64,000 nt of DNA from NCBI GenBank assembly GCA_951406725.2, contig OX597843.1, positions 9,424,001 to 9,488,000 on the forward strand. The letters run 5' to 3'. The DNA is from Octopus vulgaris (Eukaryota). Shown here one piece after another: positions 1 to 11,218 of this stretch (positions within the stretch are counted from its first letter, which is position 1; every line of letters starts with the position of its first letter). A program made the translations under genes and the position numbers. The notes under the pieces were generated by a model. That model was given only the letters and a program-made list of their open reading frames with translations. It was not told the origin of the DNA and did no database searches.

Positions 1-382
1 ACTTGTGACTGAAGTGGACATCTGTCTCCCCACCTCGCCCGCTGTATCTTCAATATCATCTGTTCCTCTATGCCAAAAGTTCTCAATACGGACAGTAGTG
101 CCCCCAAGGGGTTGCTGGGTATATCTAAGGGAGCGTTGGGTGTGACGAAGGGGGCATTAGGTTTTAAGGGGTCAGTGACGTAACAAAATCAACATGCTAA
201 ATTTTACCTATAGTAGCAATTACTTCACAAACGGTAAAACTAGGAAAGTTTATTAAAATAAAATGAGAGATAAGTGGTGTTGTGTGCTGCTATTTCTAGC
301 TTGCTTAACCCTTTCGTTACTGTATTTATTTTGAGATGCTCTGTGTTTCTTTCAATTACTTTAGATATAACAAAGAATTTGT

Positions 383-575
383 GGAGGCGCAATGGCCCAG
401 TGGTTAGGGCAGCGGACTCACGGTCGCAGGATCGCGGTTTCGATTCCCAGACCGGGCGTTGTGAGTGTTTATTGAGCGAAAACACCTTAAGCTCCACGAG
501 GCTCCGGCAGGGGTGGTGGTGATCCCTGCTGCTCTTTCTACAACTTTCTCTCACTCTTACTTCCTGTTTCTGTAT
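383..575 (+). mobile_element. tRNA-derived SINE (family D), 5' part
   Basis: A box TGGCCCAGTGG and B-box-like GGTTTCGATTCC. Homologous copies at 36300-36655 (-), 49290-49352 (+) and 25795-25885 (3' part). Confidence 0.8.
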
Positions 576-824
576 TAAGATACCATTACAGAACCATACC
601 GCTTCTAATACCACACCATTGCTACCACTACAGCACAAACACCAGCCCGCACATGCTACCACAGCAGTATACCGGCATCATTTCACCACCACCACCACCC
701 TTCTCTGTTTCCCTTTGATCCTCTTTCCTCCCTTGCCCATCACAACTCCACTCAAGTGGAGTTCTACTTCAGAAAGAGTCACATCAAACCTGAGTTATGT
801 CATCGGGTCAACTGTAGGTTTTGT

Positions 825-1086
825 AGTGGTGGTGGTGGTAGTGGTGGTGATGGTGGGTGGTGGTAGTGGTGATGGTGGTGGTCGTCGTAGTGGTGGTGGT
901 GGTAGTGGTGATAGTGGTGGTAGTGGTGGTAGTAGTGGTGATGGTGGTGGTAGTAGTGGTGATGGTGGTGGTAGTGATGGTGGTAGTGGTGGTGGTAGTG
1001 GTGATAGTGGTGGTAGTAGTGGTGATGGTGCTGGTAGTAGTGGTGATGGTGGTGGTAGTGGTGGTGATGGTAGTAATGGTGGTGAT
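825..1086. repeat. (GTG/GTA/ATG)n compound trinucleotide repeat
   Basis: Seen directly; source of the poly-Gly/Val/His ORFs. Confidence 0.95.
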
Positions 1087-1094
1087 GTTTGTTC

Positions 1095-2170
1095 ATTGGT
1101 CAGTTGGAGATGGTGTCATATTTAGCAGCGGTGTTGACCTATTACCAGTACATTATGATGTAGCATGGTCAGTTTACCTCAGGGGACAGAGTCCAGGAGT
1201 GATTATACCATGGTCAGTCTCTTAATAGCATTGTAGCTTGTTGTGATGACTTAGCTGTAGTGTTCTGTGGTCATTTGTATAACTGGACCAAGCGATAGTC
1301 CTGTATGGTCAAGTGTATGGACTGGATAGGGTTATAGAGTTGTGTGGTCAGTTGAATTTGGACAGAGCTATAGTGTTGGGTAGTCACTTGTATTATTGGA
1401 CGTGTATAGGCGCAGGAGTGGCTGTCACTGGTAAGTAGTTTGCTAACAAACCACATGGTTCCGGATTCAGATCCCCTGCGTGGCATCTTGAGCAAGTGTC
1501 TTCTGCTATAGCCCCGGGCCGACCAATGCCTTACCATGAGTGGATTTGGTAGACGGAAACTGAAAAGAAGCCTGTCGTATATATGTATATATATATATAT
1601 ATGTGTGTATGTGTGTGTGTTTGTGTTTGTCCCCTAGCGTTTACGTGCCCGTCACTTAAGCGGTTCAGCAAGAGACCAATGGAATACAAAAGAATACAAA
1701 AGAGACCGATGGCTTACAGAATAAGGGGTCGACAGACAAAGGACTGTACCGCAGACAATTGTCGAAACAAGTAACAAAGGAGACATCAAGAGTAAAAGCT
1801 ATAGTGCTGTGTGGTCAGTTGTGTGTTTGGACAGTACTATAGCATTGTGGTCATTCATATGAAATGGACAGAGCCATTGACTTGTATGGTCAAGAACAGA
1901 GCTGTGATCAGTTGGATAACTAGACAGTGCTGTGTGGTCAGTTGTGAGTTTGGACTGTGATAGTACTGTGTGGTCAGTTATATTTGGACAGAACTATAGC
2001 ATTTTGTGGCCAATTCTCTATATGGACAAAGCTATAGTGTTGTGTGATCACTTGGATAGAGTTATAGCCTTATGTAGTCTTATGTGGTCTACAGTTAACA
2101 CAGAATTAGCCATCATGTAAGTCAGCTGTCTGCATGGACACAAGTGAGCAGTGACCACCTGGATAATTGG
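1095..2170. repeat. Old degenerate ~35-38 bp minisatellite interrupted by a SINE
   Basis: Recurrent tgtgtggtcagttg...tggacagagctatagtg units on both sides of the SINE at 1409-1797. Confidence 0.7.
1409..1797 (+). mobile_element. tRNA-derived CORE-like SINE (family A)
   Basis: Head ggcgcaggagtggctgt...ggttccggattcag, CORE-like cttg(g/a)gcaagtgtctt, internal (TA)/(TG) tract, then tail. More than 15 further copies in the window. Confidence 0.85.
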
Positions 2171-2176
2171 ATTGTC

Positions 2177-3860
2177 ATTTGTTCCTTCTCGAGCAATGCC
2201 TGGCTCATAAGGGCTGGTTTCCCGGTTTCATTGGCATATGGGTTCCCCACCTGGATGGAATGCCGGTCTATCTCAGATGAGCTGTTAGATGTAGGAAGAA
2301 AGAGTGAGAGAAAGTTGTGGCAAAAGAGTCCGCAGAAATCTGCCATTACCTTCTGCCGGAGCCATGTGGAGCTTAAGTGTTTCACTCATTAACAAACACA
2401 CACATCGCCTGTTCTGAGATTAGAACCCCCGGTTCCTCGACCACGAATTCACTGCTCTAACCACTAGGCCATATTCCTCCCACTTCACACTAAGTCCATT
2501 ACATTCCTTTTGTATTTTTTACTAAATAAAACAAACCTTGCTATTGTAGACTAAACACCTGTCTTGTCTCTTCAAGGTATGTTTTATCATCATTTTAACA
2601 TCTGCTTTTCTATGCTGGCATGGGTTAGATGAAGTTTACTGCAGCAGATTTTCAGTAGCTGGATCCTTGATGGCCAGATAGGTTCCCACAAAACACTGGA
2701 AATGAATGACACCGCTTGTATGACAGGGACACTCATTTACAGCTGTCCCATAATGCCAAGACAAGGAGACACAAAAACTGCACACACACAGACACACACA
2801 CATATATATGATGGGCTTCTTTTAGTTTCCATCTGCCAAATCAACTGACAAGGTTTTTGGCCAGCTTGAGGCAATGGTAGAAAAATACTTGCCTTAGATG
2901 GAACACGGTGGGACTGAAACTGAAGTCCTGAGGTTGGGAAGCAAGCTTCTTAACCACACAGCTACGCATAACAGATACATACATACATATATCACCGTGA
3001 TCACCGTGACCGACCAGGCCATTGTTCCTTCTCGAGCCATGCCTGGCTCATAAGGGCTGGTTTCCCTGTTTCATTGGCATATGTGGGTTCCCCACCTGGA
3101 TGGAACGCCGGTCTATCTCAGGTGAGCTGTTAGATGTAGGAAGAAAGAGTGAGAGAAAGTTGTGGCAAAAGAGTCCGCAGAAATCTGCCATTACCTTCTG
3201 CCGGAGCCATGTGGAGCTTAAGTGTTTCACTCATTAACAAACACACACATCGCCTGTTCTGAGATTAGAACCCCCGGTTCCTCGACCACGAATTCACTGC
3301 TCTAACCACTAGGCCATATTCCTCCCACTTCACACTAAGTCCATTACATTCCTTTTGTATTTTTTACTAAATAAAACAAACCTTGCTATTGTAGACTAAA
3401 CACCTGTCTTGTCTCTTCAAGGTATGTTTTATCATTTTAACATCTGCTTTTCTATGCTGGCATGGGTTAGATGAAGTTTACTGCAGCAGATTTTCAGTAG
3501 CTGGATCCTTCATGGCCAGCCAGTCCACTTTAATGCAAACAGATACCTCAGAGATGGGAGAGTCCCATACCAAGAGCAAGGAGACACAAAAACTGCACAC
3601 ACACAGACACACACACATATATATATGATGGGCTTCTTTTAGTTTCCATCTGCCAAATACAAGTGATAGGGTGGTGGTGGCCAGCTTGGGGTGGGGGTAC
3701 AGTGAAGGAGAGGCCACTTTTAGCGTTTGTCTTTTTCGCTGGTTTCAGTCATTGGACTGAAACAAGTCCTGATGCTGGGGGCATCGCCTTGGAGCTACGC
3801 ATAATAGTTACATACATACATCACCGTGATCACCGTGACCGACCAGACCATTCCTTTTTT
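2177..3860. repeat. ~840-bp local tandem duplication containing a minus-strand tRNA-SINE
   Basis: tgttccttctcgagc at ~2180 and ~3023. About 500 bp near-identical, then the second copy becomes patchy. Confidence 0.85.
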
Positions 3861-4239
3861 ACACAGCGCTAGTCACTTATTCTATTGGTATCTTAGCCGA
3901 ACTGTTAAGCTAGAGATGTAAACAAACCAACACTGGTTGCCAAAAAATGATGGGAAATGAACACAATGACAAACACGCGTATATTCTATTACATGTTTCA
4001 CTCATTTGACTGTTGTCATGCTGGAGCACCGCCTTAAAGGGTTTTAGTCAAATAAACTAACTTTATAAGCCTAAGTCCTTATTCTATCAGTCTCCTTTGC
4101 CAAACTGCTATGTTACAGGGACGTAAACACACCAACACTGATTGTCAAGCTTTGTGGTGTATTGTCAGACCCCAAAATCTATATTTTGTATTTGTATCTG
4201 GTTTGCAAGTTTCTTTATTATATGAACCCCGTGACTTGC

Positions 4240-6103
4240 TCTCATGCCGGTGGGAGATGCCAGGACCCACTGAAAGCTGGCTTTCATGCCGGTGGCACAT
4301 AAAAACCAATATCTGTGAACGTGGCTGATGCTAGTACCCATTGACTGGCCCCAGTGCTGGTGGCACGTAAAAAGCACTATCTGAACGTAATCGATACCGG
4401 AAGCCTACCTGGCTGGCTCGTGTGCCGGTGGCACGTAAAAAGCACTATCTGAACGTGATTGATGCCAGGCCTACCCTGGCTGGCTCCTGTGCCAGTGTGA
4501 CACGTAAAAAGCACTATCTGAACGTGATTGATGCCAGGCCCCACCTGGCTGGCTCCTGTGCCGGTGACACGTAAAAAGCACTATCTGAACGTGATTGATG
4601 CCAAGGCCTGCCTGGCTGGCTCCTGTGCCAGTGACACGTAAAAAGCACTATCTGAACGTGATGCCAGGCCTACCTGGCTGGCTCCTGTGCCAGTGACACG
4701 TAAAAAGCACTATCTGAGCATTATTGATCAGGCCCTGCCTCGCAGCTGCTCCTGTGCCAGTGGCACGTAAAAAGCACTATCTGAACGTGATTGATGCCAG
4801 GCCTACCTGGCTGGCTCCTGTGCCGGTGGCACGTAAAAACACTATCTGAACGTGATTGATGCCAGGCCTACCTGGCTGGCTCCTGTGCCGGTGGCACGTA
4901 AAGCACTATCTGAACGTTTGATGCCAGGCCACTGGCTGGCTCCTGTGCCGGTGGCACGTAAAAAGCACTATCTGAACGTGATTGATGCCAGGCCTACCTG
5001 GCTGGCTCCTGTGCCGGTGGCACGTAAAAAGCACTATCTGAACGTGATCGATGCCAGGCCTACCTGGCTGGCTCCTGTGCCGGTGGCACGTAAAAAGCAC
5101 TATCTGAACGTGATCGATGCCAGGCCTACCTGGCTGGCTCCTGTGCCAGTGGCACGTAAAAAGCACTATCTGAACGTGATTGATGCCAGGCCTACCTGGC
5201 TGGCTCCTGTGCCAGTGACACGTAAAAAGCACTATCTGAACGTGATTGATGCCAGGCCTACCTGGCTGGCTCCTGTGCCGGTGACACACTATCTGAACGT
5301 AATCGATGCCAGGCCTACCTGGCTGGCTCGTGTGCCGGTGGCACGTAAAAAGCACTATCTGAACGTAATCGATGCCAGGCCTACCTGGCTGGCTCCTGTG
5401 CCGGTGACACGTAAAAAAGCACTATCTGAACGTGATTGATGCCAGGCCTACCTGGCTGGCTCCTGTGCCGGTGGCACGTAAAAAGCACTATCTGAACGTG
5501 GTGATCGATGCCAGGCCTACCTGGCTGGCTCCTGTGCCGGTGGCACGTAAAAAGCACTATCTGAACGTGATTGATGCAGGCCTACCTGGCTGGCTCCTGT
5601 GCCAGTGGCACGTAAAGCACTATCTGAACGTGATCGATGCCAGGCCTACCTGGCTGGCTCCTGTGCCGGTGGCACGTAAAAAGCACTTATCTGAACGTGA
5701 TCGATGCCAGGCCTACCTGGCTGGCTCCTGTGCCAGTGACACGTAAAAAGCACTATCTGAACGTGATTGATACCAGGCCTACCTGGCTGGCTCCTGTGCC
5801 AGTGACACGTAAAAGCACTATCTGAACGTGATTGATGCCAAGGCCTGCTTGGCTGGCTCCTGTGCCGGTGGCACGTAAAAAGCACAATCCAAATGTGATC
5901 GGTGCTACTACCCGCTGACTGGCCCCAGTGCCACATATAAAGCCCCCACTACACTCTCAGAGTGGTTGGCATTAGGAAGGGCATCCAGCCGTAGAAACTC
6001 TGCCAGATCAAGACTGCAGCCGCTGGCTCTCCACATCTCAGTCAAATCCAATCCATGCCAGAATGGAAAACAGACATTAAACAATGATGATGACGACGAT
6101 GAT
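4240..6103 (+). mobile_element. RTE-LINE 3'-UTR-derived element (family C) with an internally expanded array
   Basis: Ends in gagtggttggcattaggaagggcatccagc...catgccag...(gat)n, the same tail that follows the RTE ORF at 62600-62917. Confidence 0.75.
4377..5885. repeat. 66-bp minisatellite, ~23 copies
   Basis: Unit ctatctgaacgtgattgatgccaggcctacctggctggctcctgtgccggtggcacgtaaaaagca. Contains two hairpins (GCCAGG-ccta-CCTGGC; GTGCC-ggt-GGCAC). Confidence 0.97.
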
Positions 6104-6348
6104 GTGTTGAATATAAAAGTTCAATTGTGTCTAGGGAGGATCATTATGCCAATATTATTAACACACACACACACACTGGTTCAAATCCACAGTCAATTGG
6201 TTAAATATACCAGTTGAACAAACAAACAATTAGTTGAATATTTAACCAATTGTCTGATAGTAAAGAAGTGGAATTGGACCAATGCAAGTGCTATTGACAC
6301 TGGCATAATGACTCTTCCTAGACACAATACATCACTTATAATTACTTA

Positions 6349-7797
6349 TCTCTCAATATATAAAGCTGAAGTTGTCTGTGTGTGGAAGGTTTGGTAGCCT
6401 TCAACTAATACTATCTCCTCCGAGACCCTGCGGCGCAAGTTGGAAAATTGAGAGTATGATAGAAGAAGGCTTGCTCTTCCTTCCGTAGAAGAAAAAATTC
6501 AAATCGGACCATGTTAACACCAAAAATTATTTTCATCAAAAAGGTGCTTTTTTTGCTATGAAAATCCTATTTTTTACGATTTATAAAGCTGAAGTTGTCT
6601 GTGCGTGGCAGGTTTGGTAGCCTTCAACTTACAGTATCTCCTCCGAGACCCTGTGGTGCAAGTTGACAAAAATTGAGAGTATGATAGAAGAAGGCTTGCT
6701 CTTCCTTCCGTAGAAGAAAAAATTCAAATCGGACCATGTTAACACCAAAAATTATTTACATCAAAAAGGTGCTTTTTTTCTATGAAAATCCCTATTTTTT
6801 ACGATTTATAAAGCTGAAGTTGTCTGTGTATGGCAGGTTTGGTAGCCTTCAACTAACACTATCTCCTCCGAGACCCTGCGGCGCAAGTTGACAAAATTGA
6901 GAGTATGATAGAAGAAGGCTTGCTCTTCCTTCCGTAGAAGATAAAATTCAAATCGGAACATGTTAACACCAAAAATTATTTACATCAAAAAGGTGCTTTT
7001 TTCTATGAAAATCCCTATTTTTTACGATTTATAAAGCTGAAGTTGTCTGTGCGTGGCAGGTTTGGTAGCCTTCAACTAACATTGGCCCCTCCGAGACCCT
7101 GCGGCGCAAGTTGACGAAAATTGAGAGTATGATAGAAGAAGGCTTGCTCTTCATTCCGTAGAAGAAAAAATTCAAATCGGACCATGTTAACACCAAAAAT
7201 TATTTACATCAAAAAGGTGCTTTTTTTTTCTATGAAAATCCCTATTTTTACGATTTTTTGATTGCTGTGTCGCCATTTTTCGGTGTATTTCAACCAGAAA
7301 AATGTTCACTTAGAGAGAATAACAAGATACATAATGCTAAATTTTTACTTTTCAAAAATTCCAATTCTAAATGGGCGAAACAAACCCGAGCAACGTTGGG
7401 CTATACCGCTATCTATATATAAAGCTGAAGTTGTCTGTGTGTGGCAGGTTTGGTAGCCTTCAACTAACACTATATCCTCCAAGACCCTGCAGCGCAAGTT
7501 GGCCAAAATTGAGAGTATGATAGAAGAAGGCTTGCTCTTCATTCCGTAGCAGAAAAATTCAAATCAGACTATGTTAACACCAAAAATTATTTACATCAAA
7601 AAGGTGCTTTTTTCTATGAAAATCCTATTTTTTTATGATTTTTTGACTGCTGTGTCGCCATTTTTCGGTGTATTTCAACCAGAAAAATGTTCACTTAAAG
7701 AGAATAACAAGCTACATAATGCAGAATTTTTACTTTTTAAAAATTCCAATTCTAAAGGGTCAAAACAAACCCAAGCAATGCCAGGTGATACTGCTAG
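6349..7797 (+). mobile_element. Non-autonomous Helitron (family A), multimeric
   Basis: 5' A|TC at 6348-6350; 3' GC-rich hairpin (cccgagcaacgttggg / cccaagcaatgccagg) then CTAG|T at 7794-7798; no TSD. Four ~225-bp 5' subunits plus a 3' end, followed by a full second copy from ~7412. Confidence 0.88.
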
Positions 7798-8312
7798 TAA
7801 TAATAATAAACACAAACTTCTGTCCATTCAGGACCCCTGTATCTTAGTCTACATTTGTTCTCCATAGACATATTATACCTTTTGGGAATCAGGATGAACC
7901 CGGGATTACAAATCTGCCCTTTATTTGGTTCTTGAACCTTCAGCATTGCGATCAGGTCTGGATGAGGATCTGTCATATGCTAATGGCTGAAATTTCAAAT
8001 TTAAAAAAAACTCCAAAAATTTGCAAACAAGTTTTTCATTGAAAATGAATCTAAACTAATACCGTATTGGTAGGGTACCGATAAATGCTTTATCTATTGG
8101 TCTCTTTAGTTTTGGGCTGCAGACCCAATTAGCGCTAGCTAGCTTAAAAAGGTCTGCACGGACTGTGGCCTTTAAGCTAGTTATTGCTATTTACAGAACT
8201 GTCACTTGTCACCGCTTCTCCATTTAAAACAGAAAACACACAAGCTTGTTTGTTTAAAAAAAAACCACTCTGTCAAATTACAGCTCTTAAATCTAACAGA
8301 AACCAGAGAGTA

Positions 8313-8386
8313 GGTAAGTTGGCATAATGGTTAACGCACTTATCGCAAATATAAGAGTTGTGGGTTCAAGTCCTATGCACACTGAC
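8313..8386 (+). pseudogene. tRNA-like sequence (decayed tRNA or SINE head)
   Basis: A box TGGCATAATGG, anticodon-arm-like CTTAT-cgcaaat-ATAAG, B box GGTTCAAGTCC. Acceptor stem pairs poorly. Confidence 0.55.
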
Positions 8387-8467
8387 AAACATTTTTTTCT
8401 GTTGAGGGCCAATGTTAGACTATTTTCTTTCGTAAATACATGGTAATCACTTATAAGCTTTGGTTAA

Positions 8468-8965
8468 CATTGGTTAAGAGCGCGGGCTACTAACCCCAAG
8501 ATTCTGGGTTCACTCCCAGGTAGTGACTTGAATAAATAATAATAATAATTGTTTCTTTATTACCCACAAGGGGCTAAACAAGGACAGACAAACGGATTAA
8601 GTCGATTACATCAACCCCAGTGCGTAACCGGTACTTAATTTATCGACCCCGTAAGGATGAAAGGCAAAGTCGACAATAATAATAACATCAGCAAAAAATC
8701 CCTTAGGAATGAGAACAGAGTACCTCATTAGTCAAATAAAGGGTTGGGTTTGAAATTCCACCAGGACACCTGATGAAGGCTGGAGAGTACACCAGCCGAA
8801 ATGTTGTGGTAACAACAAACAAGGTAAGGACACATATCCATCCAATGGAAATAATCAACCAGTGGTGTATAAAAAGCAACCTCCCAACATTGGTTAAGAG
8901 CGCGGGCTACTAACCCCAAGATTCTGGGTTCACTCCCAGGCAGTGACTTGAATAAATAATAATAA
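8468..8965 (+). mobile_element. tRNA-headed element with (AAT)n linker and hammerhead-bearing Penelope-like tail; head directly repeated
   Basis: Head aacattggttaagagcgcgggctactaaccccaagattctgggttcactcccagg at ~8466 and ~8886. Hammerhead at 8765-8810. A family B SINE fragment sits in the AAT tract (8551-8673). Confidence 0.7.
8765..8810 (+). ncRNA. Minimal type I hammerhead ribozyme motif (Penelope-like-element type), decayed
   Basis: gacac-CTGATGA-a-GGCTGG(agagtaca)CCAGCC-GAAA-TGTT-gtg. Core boxes and stem II intact. Stem III palindrome AACGTT apparently mutated to AATGTT. Confidence 0.75.
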
Positions 8966-9029
8966 TTGTTATTTATGTATATATATGTATATATGTGTGT
9001 GTGTGTGTGTGTGTGTTTGTGTGTCTGTG

Positions 9030-9380
9030 TTTGTCCCCCTAGCATTGCTTGACAACCGATGCTGGTGTGTTTACGTCCCCGTCACATAGCGGTTCGGCAA
9101 AAGAGACCAATAGAATAAGTACTGGGCTTACAAAGAATAAGTCCCGGGGTCGATTTGCTCGACTAAAGGCGGTGCTCCAGCATGGCTGCAGTCAAATGAC
9201 TGAAGCAAGTAAAAGAGTAAAGAGTAAGAGTATACACACACAAGCTTCTTTTAGTTTCCACCTACCAAATACACTCACAAGACTTTAGTCGGCCCATAGC
9301 TCTTGTCCAAGGTGTTGCACAGTGGGACCGAACCCAAAACCACACAGTTGGGACGCAAATTTCTTACCACACAGCCATAC
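9030..9380. mobile_element. Family A SINE tail (+) and an older head (-)
   Basis: Homology to the other family A copies. Confidence 0.75.
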
Positions 9381-9400
9381 CTGTGCACAGTCCATTACCT

Positions 9401-9630
9401 ATTTCTTTACTACCCACAAGGGGATAAAAATAGAGGGGACAAACAAGGACAGACATAGGTATTAAGTCGATTACATCGACCCCAGTACGTAACTGGTACT
9501 TAATTAATCGACCCCGAAAGGATGAAAGGCAAAGTCGACCTCGGCGGAATTTGAACTCAGAACGTAACGACAGACGAAATACAGCTGAGCATTTCGCCCA
9601 GCGTGCTAACGTTTCTGCCAGCTCGCTGCC
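9401..9630 (-). mobile_element. tRNA-derived SINE (family B, Meta-domain-like core) with 16-bp TSD
   Basis: Core gtcgactttgcctttcatcctttcggggtcgat...gtaccag. Flanking direct repeat gcacagtccattacct at 9385-9400 and 9642-9657. Confidence 0.88.
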
Positions 9631-9655
9631 TAGCTCAGCCCGCACAGTCCATTAC

Positions 9656-9730
9656 CTGCAGGCAGTATGATCCGAGATAAACTTATCCACTGTTTGCTTA
9701 TCCTTTTTTTTTCATGGACAGAGGAATGTG
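9656..9730 (-). other. Candidate 75-nt phase 1-1 cassette exon (or alternative first exon) of the cux gene
   Basis: gtgccccaacag|CACATT...CCTGCAG|gtaatg. Open in the phase-1 frame (HSSVHEKKRISKQWISLSRIILPA). Unique sequence, no recognised homology. Confidence 0.25.
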
Positions 9731-10261
9731 CTGTTGGGGCACGATCGAGGGAGCTTTTTAGCTGCGATTTCTGACGCACTGATTTGATCACGTGGAAGCT
9801 CTCCGACCCCCTCCACCCCCAACCCCCTCCGGCAGTTTACAGAGCAGGGAAGAGACTGGTGGCGGTGGTGGAGGCGGTGGCGGTGTACAATTCAGGCAGT
9901 GGATAGTGATGGAATGCGGCGGGAGGATTGGAAGATGGTAGCGGTGGGAGGTGTAAGTTGTGTTTGATGATGCAGCGACGAGGAGGAGGAGGAAGAAGGG
10001 GAAGGGGAGGGGGAAGGGGAGCGGGGAGACGAAGAAGAAGGAAAAAAAAAAAAAGAAAACGAAGAAAAGGAAAAAAACAACAAAAGATGAAGACAAAGAA
10101 GAAGATGAAAGGGGAAGAAAACTGAAGAAAAAGGATAACTACTAGCGGCAGCGGTGGTGGTGGGGGTAGTAGTAGTAGTAGTAGTGGTGGTGGTGGTAGT
10201 AGTAGTGGTGGTGGTGGTGGTAGTAGTAGTGGTGGTAGTAGTAGTAGTAGTGGTGGTTGTA

Positions 10262-10306
<45 letters not shown>

Positions 10307-10393
10307 AGATAAATACAAGCCCTAAAGACAAGTTATGACAGCTGTATTTGTTCTGTGAACTGTTTTGGTATTTCTGCGGTAGGAAGTACACTG

Positions 10394-10424
<31 letters not shown>

Positions 10425-10751
10425 GACACACACACACATGCACACACACACACACACACACACATACATTGACACGCACACACACACACACACACAGACT
10501 TATTAAATAACCAATGGAAACACAGGCTTAGCTCAGCTGAAATGCAAATTACCTGGCGGCTATAGAGGCCTTTTTTTTTTTTTTTTTTTAGTGTGTACAC
10601 ATGTAAGGGTGTGTTTGTGTGTGTAGATGCTTGTACGTCTATGTATGTGTGTCTGTGTGTGTGTGTGTGTGTTTCTCTATGTATATATGTAAATATGTGT
10701 ATGTAGGTGTGTATGTGTGTGTATATAGATATACATATATCTATATACTAT

Positions 10752-10814
<63 letters not shown>

Positions 10815-10938
10815 TATATATATACACACACACATGTACAGTAAGAGACAGCAAGAGACACAGAGAACTGGAATGAATGAAACCTCCCCCATCCACCCCC
10901 ACACATTATACCAAGACACCGACATCAACATAAGCATG

Positions 10939-10974
<36 letters not shown>

Positions 10975-11218
10975 TGCATAACACAATATCCCAATGGAAT
11001 GTCATGGCGGGAGAGGGACGTTTTGTAGTAATGGCAGCAACAGAATTGCATGCAATATAGTGTATGTGGGGTGTAATGTCCCGCCCCTGTCTCCAACTCC
11101 AGCCCCAATAATCTTTATGATACCTGAGGCTAAAGGCTATACCCCCATGCAACATCATGTCCTCCCCCCGGTATGTGTCATTGCCCTGGACACTAAAAGT
11201 GGAACTGACACCAAGGAA

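Noticed and set aside
1-67. Possible minus-strand exon after ttttggcatag (frames EQMILKIQRARWGDRCPLQSQ or GTDDIEDTAGEVGRQMSTSVTS)
   Set aside because: Neither frame convincingly matches the next CUX exon, the acceptor is weak and abuts a hAT-MITE-like end (caaaagttctcaa at 74), and the window edge truncates it. Unresolved rather than excluded.
4377-5885. CRISPR-like appearance and 195/149-aa repeat ORFs
   Set aside because: Units are contiguous repeats without unique spacers, there are no cas genes, the context is eukaryotic, and indels break the frame.
8313-8386. Functional tRNA gene
   Set aside because: The acceptor stem does not pair and the anticodon loop lacks the conserved U33; kept only as tRNA-like.
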